The translations under genes and the position numbers were made by a program. 64,000 nucleotides of DNA. Origin: an uncultured bacterium. Its GTDB lineage: Bacteria; SAR324; NAC60-12. The notes under the pieces were generated by a model. That model ran no database searches. It saw only the letters and a list, made by a program, of their open reading frames with translations, and had not been told where the DNA came from. This document shows positions 31,190-41,283 of the stretch, piece after piece. The stretch spans positions 160,001 to 224,000 of the forward strand of contig CBFIGY010000001.1 in the NCBI GenBank assembly GCA_965662235.1. The letters run 5' to 3'. Each line of letters opens with the position of its first letter. The first letter of the stretch is position 1.

Positions 31190-33877
31190 ATGAAAGCAGA
31201 AGCGCCTAAAGCCATCCGGCTGCAAGACTACACTCCTCCTGCGTTTGAGGTCGAATTCATAGACCTGTACGTTGAGCTGAATGACCACGAAACCCTGGTC
31301 ACCGCCACTCAGAAGCTCCGGCGGCTCAGTGACGCCCCTGCACCGCTGGTGCTCAACGGGCAGGAGCTGGAGTTGCTGGAAGTCTCCCTCAATGGCGAAC
31401 CGCTTCCCCGCAACGCCTACCAGGTCAGTGACGACTTCCTGACCCTCCCGGACCCTCCGGACGAGTTCACCCTGCAGACGGTGGTCCGCATTCATCCGGA
31501 AAAGAACACGGCACTGGAAGGACTCTACCGCTCCGGGAGCATGTTCTGCACCCAGTGTGAGGCAGAAGGCTTCCGCAAGATCACCTACTTCCCCGACCGT
31601 CCGGATGTGATGACCACCTTCACCACCACCGTGGAGGCCGACGCCAAGAAGTACCCGGTTCTGCTGTCCAACGGCAATCCTGTTGACTCCGGAACCCTGG
31701 AAACCGGACGGCACTGGGTCCGCTGGGAAGACCCCTTCCGGAAGCCTGCCTACCTGTTTGCGCTGGTGGCCGGCGACCTAGGGGTGCTCGAAGATACCTT
31801 CACCACCGCCTCCGGACGCTCGGTGGCGCTGCGCATTTACTCTGAGCATGAAAACGTCCCCCGCCTCGGGTACGCCATGACGTCGCTCCAGCAGTCGATG
31901 CAGTGGGATGAGGAACGCTTTGGCCGGGAGTATGACCTAGACATCTACATGATTGTCGCCGTCAACGATTTCAACTTTGGCGCCATGGAAAACAAGGGGC
32001 TCAACCTCTTCAACGCCAAGTACGTGCTGGCGGATCCCGAAAGCGCAACGGATAGCGACTTCTACCACATTCAGGCGGTGATCGCGCACGAGTACTTCCA
32101 CAACTGGACCGGAAACCGTGTCACCTGCCGAGACTGGTTCCAGCTCAGCCTCAAGGAAGGGCTCACGGTGTTCCGGGATCAGGAGTTCAGCTCCGACCTC
32201 AACAGCCGCCCTGTGAAGCGCATTGACGATGTGAACGTCCTACGCAACCACCAGTTCCCTGAAGATTCAGGGCCGATGAGCCACCCGGTCCGCCCGGACA
32301 CGTACCAAGAGATCAACAACTTCTACACCGCCACCGTCTACGAAAAAGGCGCTGAGGTCATCCGGATGATGTACAACCTGCTTGGCCGAGAAGGCTTCCG
32401 CAAGGGCATGGACCTCTACTTTGAGCGGCACGACGGGCAGGCGGTGACCTGTGATGACTTTGTCGCAGCCTTGGAAGCCGCCAACTCCGTGGACCTGCAG
32501 CAGTTCCGACGCTGGTACTCGCAGTCCGGAACTCCTGAGCTACGTGCTTCTGGAACCTATGACGCCGACGCCCAAACCTATACCCTCACCGTTGAGCAGT
32601 CGGTTCCTGACACCGTGGGCCAAAACGGATTCGGCTTTGCAGCCAAACAAGCCGCTGGCCCAGAGGCGCTTCTCAAACAGCCCTATCACTTTCCTCTCGA
32701 GGTGGGCCTGCTTGGAGCCTCGGGCAACTCCCTTCCTCTGCACCTAGAAGGTTCCCTGAACGGCGTCGAAAGCGGAGTGCTCGAAGTCCGGGAGGCGCAA
32801 CAGGCGTTTGTCTTCACCAATGTGCCAGAGTCGCCCATTCCTTCGTTGCTCCGGGGTTTCTCGGCTCCCATCAAGCTGCACTTCGACTACACCGACGAGC
32901 AGTTGGCCTTCCTTATGGCGCACGACTCCGACCTCTTCAATCGCTGGGAGGCCGGACAGAAGCTGATGATCCGGGTTGCTCTGCAACAGGTCCAGCAGCT
33001 TCAAGAAGGAGGCTCCGTGGAACTGCCACCTGTGCTCCAAAACGCCTTTGGAAGCCTGCTTGCAGAAGCCACCACCACCGACGCGGCCCTGCTGGCTCAG
33101 GCCCTGACCTTCCCGGATGAACGGTACTTGGGAGAGCAGATGGAGGTGATTGCCGTGGACGAAATCCATCAGGTCCGGAAGGCGCTGCTGGAGCAGCTGG
33201 CCACCGCCTTCTCCGCAGAACTGTGGAAGCTCTATGGGCAGCTGCAGACCCAAGAGCCCTATCAGCCTGACGCCGAAGGCATGGGCCGCCGGGCGCTGAA
33301 GAACCGCTGCCTGTCGTACCTGACCTGCTTGGAAACCAAGGAAGCACGCCAGCAGGCCTACACGCAGTTCCGTGAAGCCACCAACATGACCGACGCCTCC
33401 GGAGCACTGGCCGCTCTCATTCATCAGCCTTGCCGAGAGCGGGAGCAGGCGCTGGCCCTCTTCTTTGAACGCTGGCAAAACGACCCGCTGGTCATCACCA
33501 AGTGGTTCACCCTGCAGGCGATGTCCACACTCCCGAGCACCTTGGAGACCGTCCGGTCCTTGCTGGCGCATCCGGCCTTTGACCTCAAGAACCCGAACAA
33601 GGCCCGCGCGCTCATTGGGGCTTTTGTGCACTCGAATCCCACCCAGTTCCACGAGGCTTCCGGGAAGGGGTACACGTTCCTGACGGAGCAGGTCATCACG
33701 CTCAACCGCCTCAACCCCACCATTGCAGCTCGGCTGGTGGGCGCCTTCAACGCCTGGAAGCGCTACGACTCCGACCGCCAGGCGCTGATGAAGGCCCAGT
33801 TGGAACAGATCAACCAATTGCCCAAACTCTCCGGAGAGGTGCAAGAGGTTGTCTCACGTGCATTGGCTCAGGCATGA
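31190..33877 (+). CDS. pepN: Aminopeptidase N (M1)
   Basis: CTQCEAEGFR, GAMENKG, HEYFH..., YEKGAEV, NPNKARAL. Confidence 0.98.
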   Translation: MKAEAPKAIRLQDYTPPAFEVEFIDLYVELNDHETLVTATQKLRRLSDAPAPLVLNGQELELLEVSLNGEPLPRNAYQVSDDFLTLPDPPDEFTLQTVVRIHPEKNTALEGLYRSGSMFCTQCEAEGFRKITYFPDRPDVMTTFTTTVEADAKKYPVLLSNGNPVDSGTLETGRHWVRWEDPFRKPAYLFALVAGDLGVLEDTFTTASGRSVALRIYSEHENVPRLGYAMTSLQQSMQWDEERFGREYDLDIYMIVAVNDFNFGAMENKGLNLFNAKYVLADPESATDSDFYHIQAVIAHEYFHNWTGNRVTCRDWFQLSLKEGLTVFRDQEFSSDLNSRPVKRIDDVNVLRNHQFPEDSGPMSHPVRPDTYQEINNFYTATVYEKGAEVIRMMYNLLGREGFRKGMDLYFERHDGQAVTCDDFVAALEAANSVDLQQFRRWYSQSGTPELRASGTYDADAQTYTLTVEQSVPDTVGQNGFGFAAKQAAGPEALLKQPYHFPLEVGLLGASGNSLPLHLEGSLNGVESGVLEVREAQQAFVFTNVPESPIPSLLRGFSAPIKLHFDYTDEQLAFLMAHDSDLFNRWEAGQKLMIRVALQQVQQLQEGGSVELPPVLQNAFGSLLAEATTTDAALLAQALTFPDERYLGEQMEVIAVDEIHQVRKALLEQLATAFSAELWKLYGQLQTQEPYQPDAEGMGRRALKNRCLSYLTCLETKEARQQAYTQFREATNMTDASGALAALIHQPCREREQALALFFERWQNDPLVITKWFTLQAMSTLPSTLETVRSLLAHPAFDLKNPNKARALIGAFVHSNPTQFHEASGKGYTFLTEQVITLNRLNPTIAARLVGAFNAWKRYDSDRQALMKAQLEQINQLPKLSGEVQEVVSRALAQA

Positions 33878-34263
33878 AGGCCCTGCTGACGGGGGTGGTA
33901 CTGCTCGTCTCACTGAGCAGTGCTGCCGCAGAGGTTCGCTTCACCCTGCAGAAGGGACGGCTGCCGCAGGGGCCCATGGAGGACTTCTCCGGTCGTGTTC
34001 CAGCCGAGGCCGGAGACCTGGGCTTTGTGCAGGTGGGAGACTTTGGGTGTGAGCTGGAACGCCTGACGGAGCTGTATGAGGAAGTCATCTGGGTTCACCA
34101 GGTCCGGGTTCAGTGTACCCTTCCGGTGGCCCCTGACCACGCAATTGGCTTCGGCGTTGTCTGCAACACCGGTTCCGACAACCGAGACAAGGCCCACCTC
34201 ACCCTCCGGAATGCTGAGGAAGAGTGGCTCCTGAACCTCCGGTGCGAGAATCAGGAATCCTGA
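33874..34263 (+). CDS. Hypothetical exported protein
   Basis: Signal peptide ending AAA-E, ATGA overlap with pepN, four Cys. Confidence 0.6.
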   Translation: MKALLTGVVLLVSLSSAAAEVRFTLQKGRLPQGPMEDFSGRVPAEAGDLGFVQVGDFGCELERLTELYEEVIWVHQVRVQCTLPVAPDHAIGFGVVCNTGSDNRDKAHLTLRNAEEEWLLNLRCENQES

Positions 34264-34341
34264 CCCCGTCAACTTGGCTTGCACGTTTCCCTCGTCTCCG
34301 GGAAGATCGCCCAGAATGATTCCCGTCCTGAAGAAAGACTG

Positions 34342-34827
34342 ATGCGAGACCTGACGTTACGCGAACAGATTCTAATCGGCATCATGCTGGCCCTGATGGT
34401 GGGGCTGGCGGGCACCTGGCTCAACCAGCGGGTTCTGCGCGAGCAGGACCGCTTGGAGACGCAGCTGGCTTCACGCAAGCAGCAGCTCAATGAGATCCGG
34501 CAGCTGAGTGACGAGTGGCGTGCGCTCCAGCAAGAACCCACGGCGCCGCTGATGAAGCAGCCCCTCAGTTCCTTTGTCGAAGGCATCGCCCGCGACATTC
34601 AGGTGCAGGACCACCTGCAGATCAACGCCCTCAGCAACCCTCCGGAAGGCACCGAAGGCGTTCAGGTGTTGCTCGATCGGCTGCAGCTGGATGACCTGAT
34701 GGACGTCCTCTATCGACTGGAAAACAACCGCCCTGTGCTGCGGCTCTCTCAGCTCGACCTCAGTGTTGCCCCCGGAAGCCGTTTGGTCCGCGCGTCGTTT
34801 CAGGTGCACAAGCCATCCGGAAGCTAA
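34342..34827 (+). CDS. Type II secretion GspM-like protein
   Basis: LT.REQ N-terminus, one TM helix, coiled coil, C-terminal L..LY.LEN ferredoxin-like region. Confidence 0.6.
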   Translation: MRDLTLREQILIGIMLALMVGLAGTWLNQRVLREQDRLETQLASRKQQLNEIRQLSDEWRALQQEPTAPLMKQPLSSFVEGIARDIQVQDHLQINALSNPPEGTEGVQVLLDRLQLDDLMDVLYRLENNRPVLRLSQLDLSVAPGSRLVRASFQVHKPSGS

Positions 34828-34853
34828 GTGGCTTCTTTTTTTGCAAGGTCCCC

Positions 34854-35753
34854 ATGCGCTGGCTGAAGCGTCTCCTCATCACCCTCCTGATCCTGGTGCT
34901 GCTGCCCGCGGCTGCCTTCTGGGGCCTCAAGCAGAACTTCCCAGGAGAGAACCTGGCGCAGGTGCTGGAAGCGCAGGCGCTGAGTCAGGCGCAGGTGCCA
35001 CTAAAGGTCGCCCCCCTGCAACTGGGGTGGACCCAGCTGGAGCTTCCGGAGGTGGCCATGCTTCCCCCGGCCACGTGGCAACGGGCTCCTCAGGTGAAGC
35101 TGCTGGTGCTCAATCAACTCCGGGCGCCCTTCCTGCCACTGCTGTCACGTGACGCGCTTTTGGAGGGAGATATGCATGGCGGATCCGTGGAGCTGCGAGC
35201 CTCCGGGCTACCACAACCGTACCAGGTTCAGGCCCAGGTGAAGGACGTGCAGCTCAACCGAGTCCCGCTGGTGGCCCTCTTTCCCTACGGAACCATCTCC
35301 GGCCGGACCTCTGCCGAGCTGGAGATCCGCAACGCCACGGAGTTGCTCAACCGGCAGGCGGCGTTGCCCGTCGGTGATCTGAAAGGCGATATCCAAAACC
35401 TTAGGCTCCGGCTATCTGGGCTGGACCTGATTCTCCCGGGCATGGTGGTTCCGGACCTGGTCTGGCCGTTGATTCGGTACGACGTGACCCTGGGAGACCA
35501 AGTGGTGCTCAATGAACTGACGCTGCAGGGAAGCGTCAACGGCACCGTCACGGGCACCATTCGCCCCAACGTCCAAAAACCGGTGGAGTCCCAGATCGAC
35601 CTTCGGGCCCAGATCACTCTTCCGGCAGAGATTCTGCAATCCTTGGGGCCGCTCGCGCTGATGCTGCGGCCTTATCAGTGTGGAGTGGAGCTCCGGGTCC
35701 GCCTGCAAGGCACCCCGGCTCGCCCCATCACTCGACCCGGAGCTTGCTCATGA
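34854..35753 (+). CDS. Type II secretion GspN-like / AsmA-like protein
   Basis: N-terminal TM followed by FP, beta-rich body, C-terminal L.GTPARP; follows the GspM-like gene. Confidence 0.55.
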   Translation: MRWLKRLLITLLILVLLPAAAFWGLKQNFPGENLAQVLEAQALSQAQVPLKVAPLQLGWTQLELPEVAMLPPATWQRAPQVKLLVLNQLRAPFLPLLSRDALLEGDMHGGSVELRASGLPQPYQVQAQVKDVQLNRVPLVALFPYGTISGRTSAELEIRNATELLNRQAALPVGDLKGDIQNLRLRLSGLDLILPGMVVPDLVWPLIRYDVTLGDQVVLNELTLQGSVNGTVTGTIRPNVQKPVESQIDLRAQITLPAEILQSLGPLALMLRPYQCGVELRVRLQGTPARPITRPGACS

Positions 35754-36814
35754 ACTGGAAACACTGGATCCTCATCGGCTTCGCGGTGGTCCTCACCGGA
35801 ACCGGACTGACCAGCGGCTACGTGTGGCACCTTTACCACAGCCCAGCCAGCACCGTCTACAGTGAAGAACCCGCCCGCATCCTGGTCCCTCGAGGCACCG
35901 TCTTCTCAGAAGTCACCGCCCAGCTCCGGGACCAGCAGATGCTCGCGCACCCCCAGCTCTACAGCTTTCTTGCCAACTGGATGAAGGCCCCGGTGCGGCT
36001 GCAGATTGGTGAATTTGAGCTGGCCCGGACCATGACCACAGCAGAGGTCCTGGAGCACCTCATCACCGGACGCGGCATCCTCCGTCGCGTCACCATTCCA
36101 GAAGGGAAGACCTTCCGGGAAATTGCCCAACGCCTTGGGTCTGCGGGCCTAGGAGAAAGCTCACGCTTCCTCGAGCTGGACTCCGATCCGGACCTGCTGG
36201 CCCAGACGGGCCTTTCAGACGTCACCTCGCTGGAGGGCTTCCTGTTCCCGGAAACCTACTTCTTTTCCAAGGCTCAGAGTCCTCGGGAAATCCTTGGGGT
36301 GATGATCAACCACTACCGGAGCGTCGTCACTGAGTCTATGCGGGAGCGGGCCCAGGAGCTGGGGCTGAATGAGTACCAGCTGCTCACCCTGGCTTCCATT
36401 GTCGAGAAGGAAACCGCCAATCCCCGGGACCGGGACAAGATTGCAGCGGTCTTCCACAACCGGCTCCGCAAGCGCATGCGACTCGACAGCGATCCCACTG
36501 TGATCTACGGCATTCCGGACTTCAACGGGAACCTCACCCGCAAGGACCTCCGGCAGGATCACCCGCACAACACCTACACCAACTACGGGCTGCCCCCCAC
36601 CCCCATCAGCAACCCCGGACTGGACGCGATCATGGCGGCTCTCTATCCGGCAGACGTTGACTACCTCTACTTTGTGGCTCGGGGTGACGGAACCAGTCAC
36701 TTCTCTCAGACCCTCCGGGAGCACAATCGTGCAGTGGCGTATTATCAGAAGAACCGGCGCAACCGGCAGCTGATGCGCGCCAACAAGCTCAAGCCCCTCA
36801 ACCAAGACACCTGA
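35750..36814 (+). CDS. mltG: Endolytic transglycosylase MltG
   Basis: VTIPEG, LEGFLFPETY, LASIVEKET, NRL...MRLDSDPTV, GLPPTPISNPG, YLYFVA. Confidence 0.96.
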   Translation: MNWKHWILIGFAVVLTGTGLTSGYVWHLYHSPASTVYSEEPARILVPRGTVFSEVTAQLRDQQMLAHPQLYSFLANWMKAPVRLQIGEFELARTMTTAEVLEHLITGRGILRRVTIPEGKTFREIAQRLGSAGLGESSRFLELDSDPDLLAQTGLSDVTSLEGFLFPETYFFSKAQSPREILGVMINHYRSVVTESMRERAQELGLNEYQLLTLASIVEKETANPRDRDKIAAVFHNRLRKRMRLDSDPTVIYGIPDFNGNLTRKDLRQDHPHNTYTNYGLPPTPISNPGLDAIMAALYPADVDYLYFVARGDGTSHFSQTLREHNRAVAYYQKNRRNRQLMRANKLKPLNQDT

Positions 36815-36843
36815 TTCCTCAACCGCTTTTCCAAGGAGCGAAC

Positions 36844-37572
36844 ATGGGCCTCGACAAACAGAGCCTCGTTTATGAAGCCGGATCCACTCTCATGCACAGC
36901 TACCTCGTCCACAGCGACACGTGGTCAGAGCCGGCGCCTGCTGTACTCGTCTTCCCCGAGTGGTGGGGCCTGAACGACTACATCCGCTCCCGAGCGAACC
37001 AGATGGCAGAACTGGGGTATGTGGCCATGGCGGTTGACATGTATGGCGATGGACAAACTGTGGATCATCCGGAACAGGCAGCGGCTCTCATGAACGGCGT
37101 CCTCAATGATCCGGACGCCCTGGAGGACCGCCTGGAGCAAGCCTTTATCACCCTCGCCAACCATCCGGCAGTGGACCCCAACCGGATTGGGGCCATGGGT
37201 TACTGCTTCGGTGGCGCGCTGGCGCTCAACCTGGCACGGTTCGGCACACCGCTCAAGGCGGTCACCAGCTTCCACGGAGCCCTAGATTCGGCTCACACGC
37301 CAGAGCCCGGAAGCGTTCAGACGAAGATTCTCGTCTGCCACGGGGCGGCTGATCCGTTTGTCGGAGAAGAATCCGTTGCCGCTTTCAAGGCCGAGATGGA
37401 AACCGCCCAGATTGATTACGAGTTCATTGCTTACGAGGGCGTGCTGCACGGCTTCACCAATCCAGCGGCCACGGAGCGAGGAGAAAAATTCGGACTCCCG
37501 CTCAAGTATGATGCCGAAGCAGATCAGGCTTCTTGGCAGGCCATGCAGGCCCACTTCTCAAAGCACCTGTAA
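36844..37572 (+). CDS. Dienelactone hydrolase family protein
   Basis: PEWWGLN, GYCFGG nucleophile, HGAAD, HGFTNP. Confidence 0.93.
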   Translation: MGLDKQSLVYEAGSTLMHSYLVHSDTWSEPAPAVLVFPEWWGLNDYIRSRANQMAELGYVAMAVDMYGDGQTVDHPEQAAALMNGVLNDPDALEDRLEQAFITLANHPAVDPNRIGAMGYCFGGALALNLARFGTPLKAVTSFHGALDSAHTPEPGSVQTKILVCHGAADPFVGEESVAAFKAEMETAQIDYEFIAYEGVLHGFTNPAATERGEKFGLPLKYDAEADQASWQAMQAHFSKHL

Positions 37573-37578
37573 CCCAAC

Positions 37579-38433
37579 TCAGGGCAGGCGTTCAAAGAGC
37601 ACATTCCGGAACTGGATGGTCCACTGAAAGACACTGCTGTTGCAGGCATTCGGATAGGTTGCCATTGACTCGGTCGTCAGGGTCCAGGTCAGGTCGGCTC
37701 CCCAATCCGGATGCGGCAGCTCCAGAATCGGAATGGTGCTCAGGTCGAACACCTCACCGTCCAGACTGAGAGACACGTATCGGCGGGCCTCCAGGTCGGC
37801 CACCAGCTCGAGGGTGTGCCACTCCAGATCCGGCTGCAGAAACGCCTCCGTTGACTCCAGCTGAAGGTTCGCCGGAGGCTCTGCAGACGTGTACACCCGA
37901 AACCGCCCAAAATCAGATCCCCACGGATTCAGGTCCCAGTAGATGGCCGCCTCCAGCGATTGCTTCTCCGTGTTGTCCCACACCTCATTGCGCCCATCCC
38001 AAAACTGAATCATCTGGTGCATGGCATCGCCGTTCTGGGTCTGGTTGGCATCCGGACGGGGAATTTCCTTGAGGCGGAACTGGTACGTGTACCGGTAGGT
38101 CCCCAAGGCAAAGGGGTGCTCGTCTGAGAAACGATCCACAAACTGCTTCCCGCCAATCGCATTGACGTACAGCGATCGTCCACGGACGTTGCTGGTGACC
38201 TCGCCGTATGCTTCAAACGACTCAATCCTCACATCGTCCTCTGAGCAGTCACACGCCAGGGTGCCTCCGGGGTTGCACTCAGGAAAGACGGAGTGCCCAG
38301 CCAGATTGATTGACCGATAGATCTCAGTCGCTGAGACCGATTCCGCCTCTTCCGGAGAGGTGCTGCAGGCCAACACCAGATGGAGGCTTCCCAGCAGAAG
38401 CAGGCGTAGCAGAGGCTTCTGCAGCAGGTGCAT
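37579..38433 (-). CDS. Hypothetical lipoprotein
   Basis: Lipobox-like VLAC, beta-rich aromatic body. Confidence 0.6.
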   Translation of the reverse strand: MHLLQKPLLRLLLLGSLHLVLACSTSPEEAESVSATEIYRSINLAGHSVFPECNPGGTLACDCSEDDVRIESFEAYGEVTSNVRGRSLYVNAIGGKQFVDRFSDEHPFALGTYRYTYQFRLKEIPRPDANQTQNGDAMHQMIQFWDGRNEVWDNTEKQSLEAAIYWDLNPWGSDFGRFRVYTSAEPPANLQLESTEAFLQPDLEWHTLELVADLEARRYVSLSLDGEVFDLSTIPILELPHPDWGADLTWTLTTESMATYPNACNSSVFQWTIQFRNVLFERLP

Positions 38434-38463
38434 GAATGGGTGTTTTGAAGGGAAAGAAGGGAG

Positions 38464-38484
38464 GACCCCAGAGAAACTGGGGTC
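38464..38484 (-). terminator. Probable intrinsic terminator
   Basis: GACCCCAG-N5-CTGGGGTC followed by a pyrimidine-rich tract on the minus strand. Confidence 0.6.
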
Positions 38485-38493
38485 GGCAGAGGA

Positions 38494-38778
38494 TTAGGAC
38501 TTCGGAGTCATTTGCTCAATGTTTCTCATCCACTCTTCCGTCATCTTGCGCATTTCCGACATCATCTGATGGGTATTGCGGAACATCTCATCGACCATGT
38601 TGAGGTGGACTTCCTTGATGCCCTTGACGGTGGACCCCATGGGGGTGTGCTCAATGGCAGAGTAGGCCGATTCCAGGGCCTGGCGCTGAAAGGACTCGAT
38701 CTCTTCCAGATTCTTCTGGTACTGGTCCGCCCAGCTTTGGAAGGACTGCTTCATGGTATCCATTGGGGTATTGCTCAT
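38494..38778 (-). CDS. Small helical hypothetical protein (phasin-like composition)
   Basis: 94-aa ORF with AAAGG RBS and its own terminator; amphipathic Met/Gln/Glu-rich helices. Confidence 0.6.
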   Translation of the reverse strand: MSNTPMDTMKQSFQSWADQYQKNLEEIESFQRQALESAYSAIEHTPMGSTVKGIKEVHLNMVDEMFRNTHQMMSEMRKMTEEWMRNIEQMTPKS

Positions 38779-38889
38779 TTTACCTTTTACGGAAAGTGGA
38801 CAGGAGCGGGACAAACAACGAACCCGGCACTACACTTATCGGAGCTCCGCACAAAACGCAAGGAGCGATCCCCCGGATACCTCAGGGTT

Positions 38890-41190
38890 TCAGTGATTTA
38901 GCGCAGCCCAAACGCGTTGAGGCGTGAGCGGCATCTCCAGATGCGTCACTCCCTGCTCCTGCAAGGCGTCCAGCACGGCGTTCACAATGGCCGGAGTGGC
39001 CCCCACCGTTCCCAGCTCTCCCACCCCCTTGGCGCCCAACGGATTGGTTTCACAGGGAACACCGGGGTACAGCTCCGTTTGCAGCGAGGGCAGGTCATCG
39101 GCCCGTGGCAGGGCGTAATCCAGAAAGGTCGAGTTGACAAACTGTCCGGACTCGTCATAAACCGCATCTTCCAGCAGCGCTTGGCCCAGCGCCTGAGCCA
39201 TGCCGCCGTGCACCTGTCCCGCAATGATCATGGGATTGATCGCGTTGCCGACATCATCCACGGCCACTAGGCTCTGCAGCTGAACGCCTCCTGTTTCCGG
39301 ATCCACTTCCACCTCGGCAACCTGAGCCCCATTCGGCCAGCTGGGAACCGGGATCTTCGTGCTGGAAGCTGCAGAAATCTTCTGGCCGGGTTGCTGTTCC
39401 GCCAGCTCCAGCAGCCCCACGCCAATGTCGGTCCCAGTGACCGTGAACCGTCCGTCGGCATAAAGCAGGTCTTCCGGAGCCGCCTCTAGCGACTCAGCGG
39501 CCAGACGCCGTGCCTGCTCCAGGAAGACGGCGGCCCCTTCTTTGACGGCCGACCCGCCAATGTACAGGGATCGGGACGCATAGCTGCCCATGCCCTGAAC
39601 GCGGTCGGTGTCGCCCTGCACCACCTGCAGTTGATCCACAGGCAGATCCAGTGCCTCCGAAAGCAGCTGCAGGTACGTTGTCGCAATGCCCTGCCCCATG
39701 GCTTGGGTTCCTGAGAAACAGGTGACGCCTTCGGCTGTCGCTTCCAAGGTGACTTCTTCCTTCCACTCTGCACCAGTCCACTCGATGTAGCACGACAGTC
39801 CTCGGCCCCGGAGCTTCCCCGCCGCTTGAGACTGAGCCTGCCGAGTGGCAAAGCCCTGCCAGTCTGCTGCTTCCAAACAGCGATCCAGCACCTCTCCAAA
39901 CTTTCCGCTGTCGTAGACTTCCTGCATGGGCGTCGTGTAAGGGAAGGCCTGGGGCGCAATGAAGTTCCGGCGCCGCATCTCAACAGGGTCAATGCCCATC
40001 TCACGGGCTGCTTGATCAATGAGTCGCTCCATCAGGTAGATGGACTCCGGACGGCCGGCGCCGCGGTACGCTCCCAGCGGAGCAGTGTTGGAAGAATAAG
40101 CGGTGGCCTGCAGGTGAAACGCGGGAACGTGGTAGAGCGACGTGGCCACCTTGGGTCCTACTACCAACGGAATTGCCACTCCTGCGCCCGTTGGGTAAGC
40201 CCCCAGGCTCCCCTTGGTGTCAATCCGGAGTCCGAGGATCCGTCCGTCTGAGGCGCAAGCCAGCTCAGCGTGGCTGATCTGATCACGCCCGTGCACCGTG
40301 GCCACAAACTCCTCGCTCCGGGTTGCTCGCCAGCGGACCGACCGCTTCAGCTTGCCGGCTGCGTAAGCCACAATCACATCTTCCGGATAGAGCGCGGACT
40401 TGATGCCAAATCCGCCACCGACGTCTTCAATGACCACCCGCAGCGTTTCCTTGGGAACAGCCAACGTCGCAGCCAACCCACCAAGGAGGCCATGGGCGTT
40501 CTGGTGCCCAAGCCGCAGCGTCCGGCGTCCGGATGCCGCCTCATACTCGCACAGCACGGTCCGGGGCTCCAGCGCGTTTCCAACCAGCCGGTTGTTCCGT
40601 ACCTGCAGCTTGCAGACATGTGCTGCTTCTGCAAAAGCCTGTGCCACAGCGTCCGCGTCGCCAAACGCCTTGAAGGCCACCGCATTGCTGGAAAAGCCCT
40701 CCCAAACCACAGGGGCCTCTGCCGCCACGGCCTGCTCCAGTGAGCCAGCCACGGGAAGCTCCTCATAGTCCACCTCAATCAGACTGGCTGCATCCACCGC
40801 CTGCGCCTGCGTCTCAGCCACCACGGCCGCCACGACTTCGCCGACGTGCCGTACAACCCCGTCTGCAATGGCAAAACGGTCGGGGTGCACCATTGGCTCA
40901 CCATCCGGACGTGTGAAGCCCTTTACCGCAGGAAAGGCCTGCACGCCATCTGCCGCAAGGTCCTGCGCGGTGTACACGGCCACCACTCCGGGACTCTGAC
41001 GCGCAGCCTCTAGGTCGAGTGAAGTGACCCGAGCGTGGGCCATGTAGGAACGAACCAGATGAACATGAAGCTCTCCTGCCGTTACACGATTATCCGTAAA
41101 TTTACCTTTTCCCGTAATCAGGCGGTCATCTTCAACACGACGGAGGGAATCTCCTGCTCGCGACTTTCCACGGGTCACGGCTTCAGTCAT
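38890..41190 (-). CDS. Xanthine dehydrogenase family molybdopterin-binding subunit (form II CoxL-like)
   Basis: RVEDDRLITG.G, DVGGGFGIK, AYRGAGRPE, MGQG, GQVHGG, GAKGVGE. Confidence 0.93.
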   Translation of the reverse strand: MTEAVTRGKSRAGDSLRRVEDDRLITGKGKFTDNRVTAGELHVHLVRSYMAHARVTSLDLEAARQSPGVVAVYTAQDLAADGVQAFPAVKGFTRPDGEPMVHPDRFAIADGVVRHVGEVVAAVVAETQAQAVDAASLIEVDYEELPVAGSLEQAVAAEAPVVWEGFSSNAVAFKAFGDADAVAQAFAEAAHVCKLQVRNNRLVGNALEPRTVLCEYEAASGRRTLRLGHQNAHGLLGGLAATLAVPKETLRVVIEDVGGGFGIKSALYPEDVIVAYAAGKLKRSVRWRATRSEEFVATVHGRDQISHAELACASDGRILGLRIDTKGSLGAYPTGAGVAIPLVVGPKVATSLYHVPAFHLQATAYSSNTAPLGAYRGAGRPESIYLMERLIDQAAREMGIDPVEMRRRNFIAPQAFPYTTPMQEVYDSGKFGEVLDRCLEAADWQGFATRQAQSQAAGKLRGRGLSCYIEWTGAEWKEEVTLEATAEGVTCFSGTQAMGQGIATTYLQLLSEALDLPVDQLQVVQGDTDRVQGMGSYASRSLYIGGSAVKEGAAVFLEQARRLAAESLEAAPEDLLYADGRFTVTGTDIGVGLLELAEQQPGQKISAASSTKIPVPSWPNGAQVAEVEVDPETGGVQLQSLVAVDDVGNAINPMIIAGQVHGGMAQALGQALLEDAVYDESGQFVNSTFLDYALPRADDLPSLQTELYPGVPCETNPLGAKGVGELGTVGATPAIVNAVLDALQEQGVTHLEMPLTPQRVWAALNH

Positions 41191-41254
41191 GAGTCTCCAT
41201 GAGGTACAAATTGGGTCAATCAGCGCTACTCAACGTATAGAAAGGAACTTCAGC

Positions 41255-41283
41255 ACCTTAGCCAGCCCAAGAGGGCAAGTCAA
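41255..41283 (-). promoter_or_regulatory. Sigma70-type promoter for the CoxL-like gene
   Basis: Minus strand TTGACT (41283-41278), 17 nt, TAAGGT (41260-41255). Confidence 0.55.

Noticed and set aside
38890..41190. Aerobic CO dehydrogenase (form I coxL)
   Set aside because: Active-site loop is AYRGAGR rather than AYxCSFR, and no cox accessory genes are present
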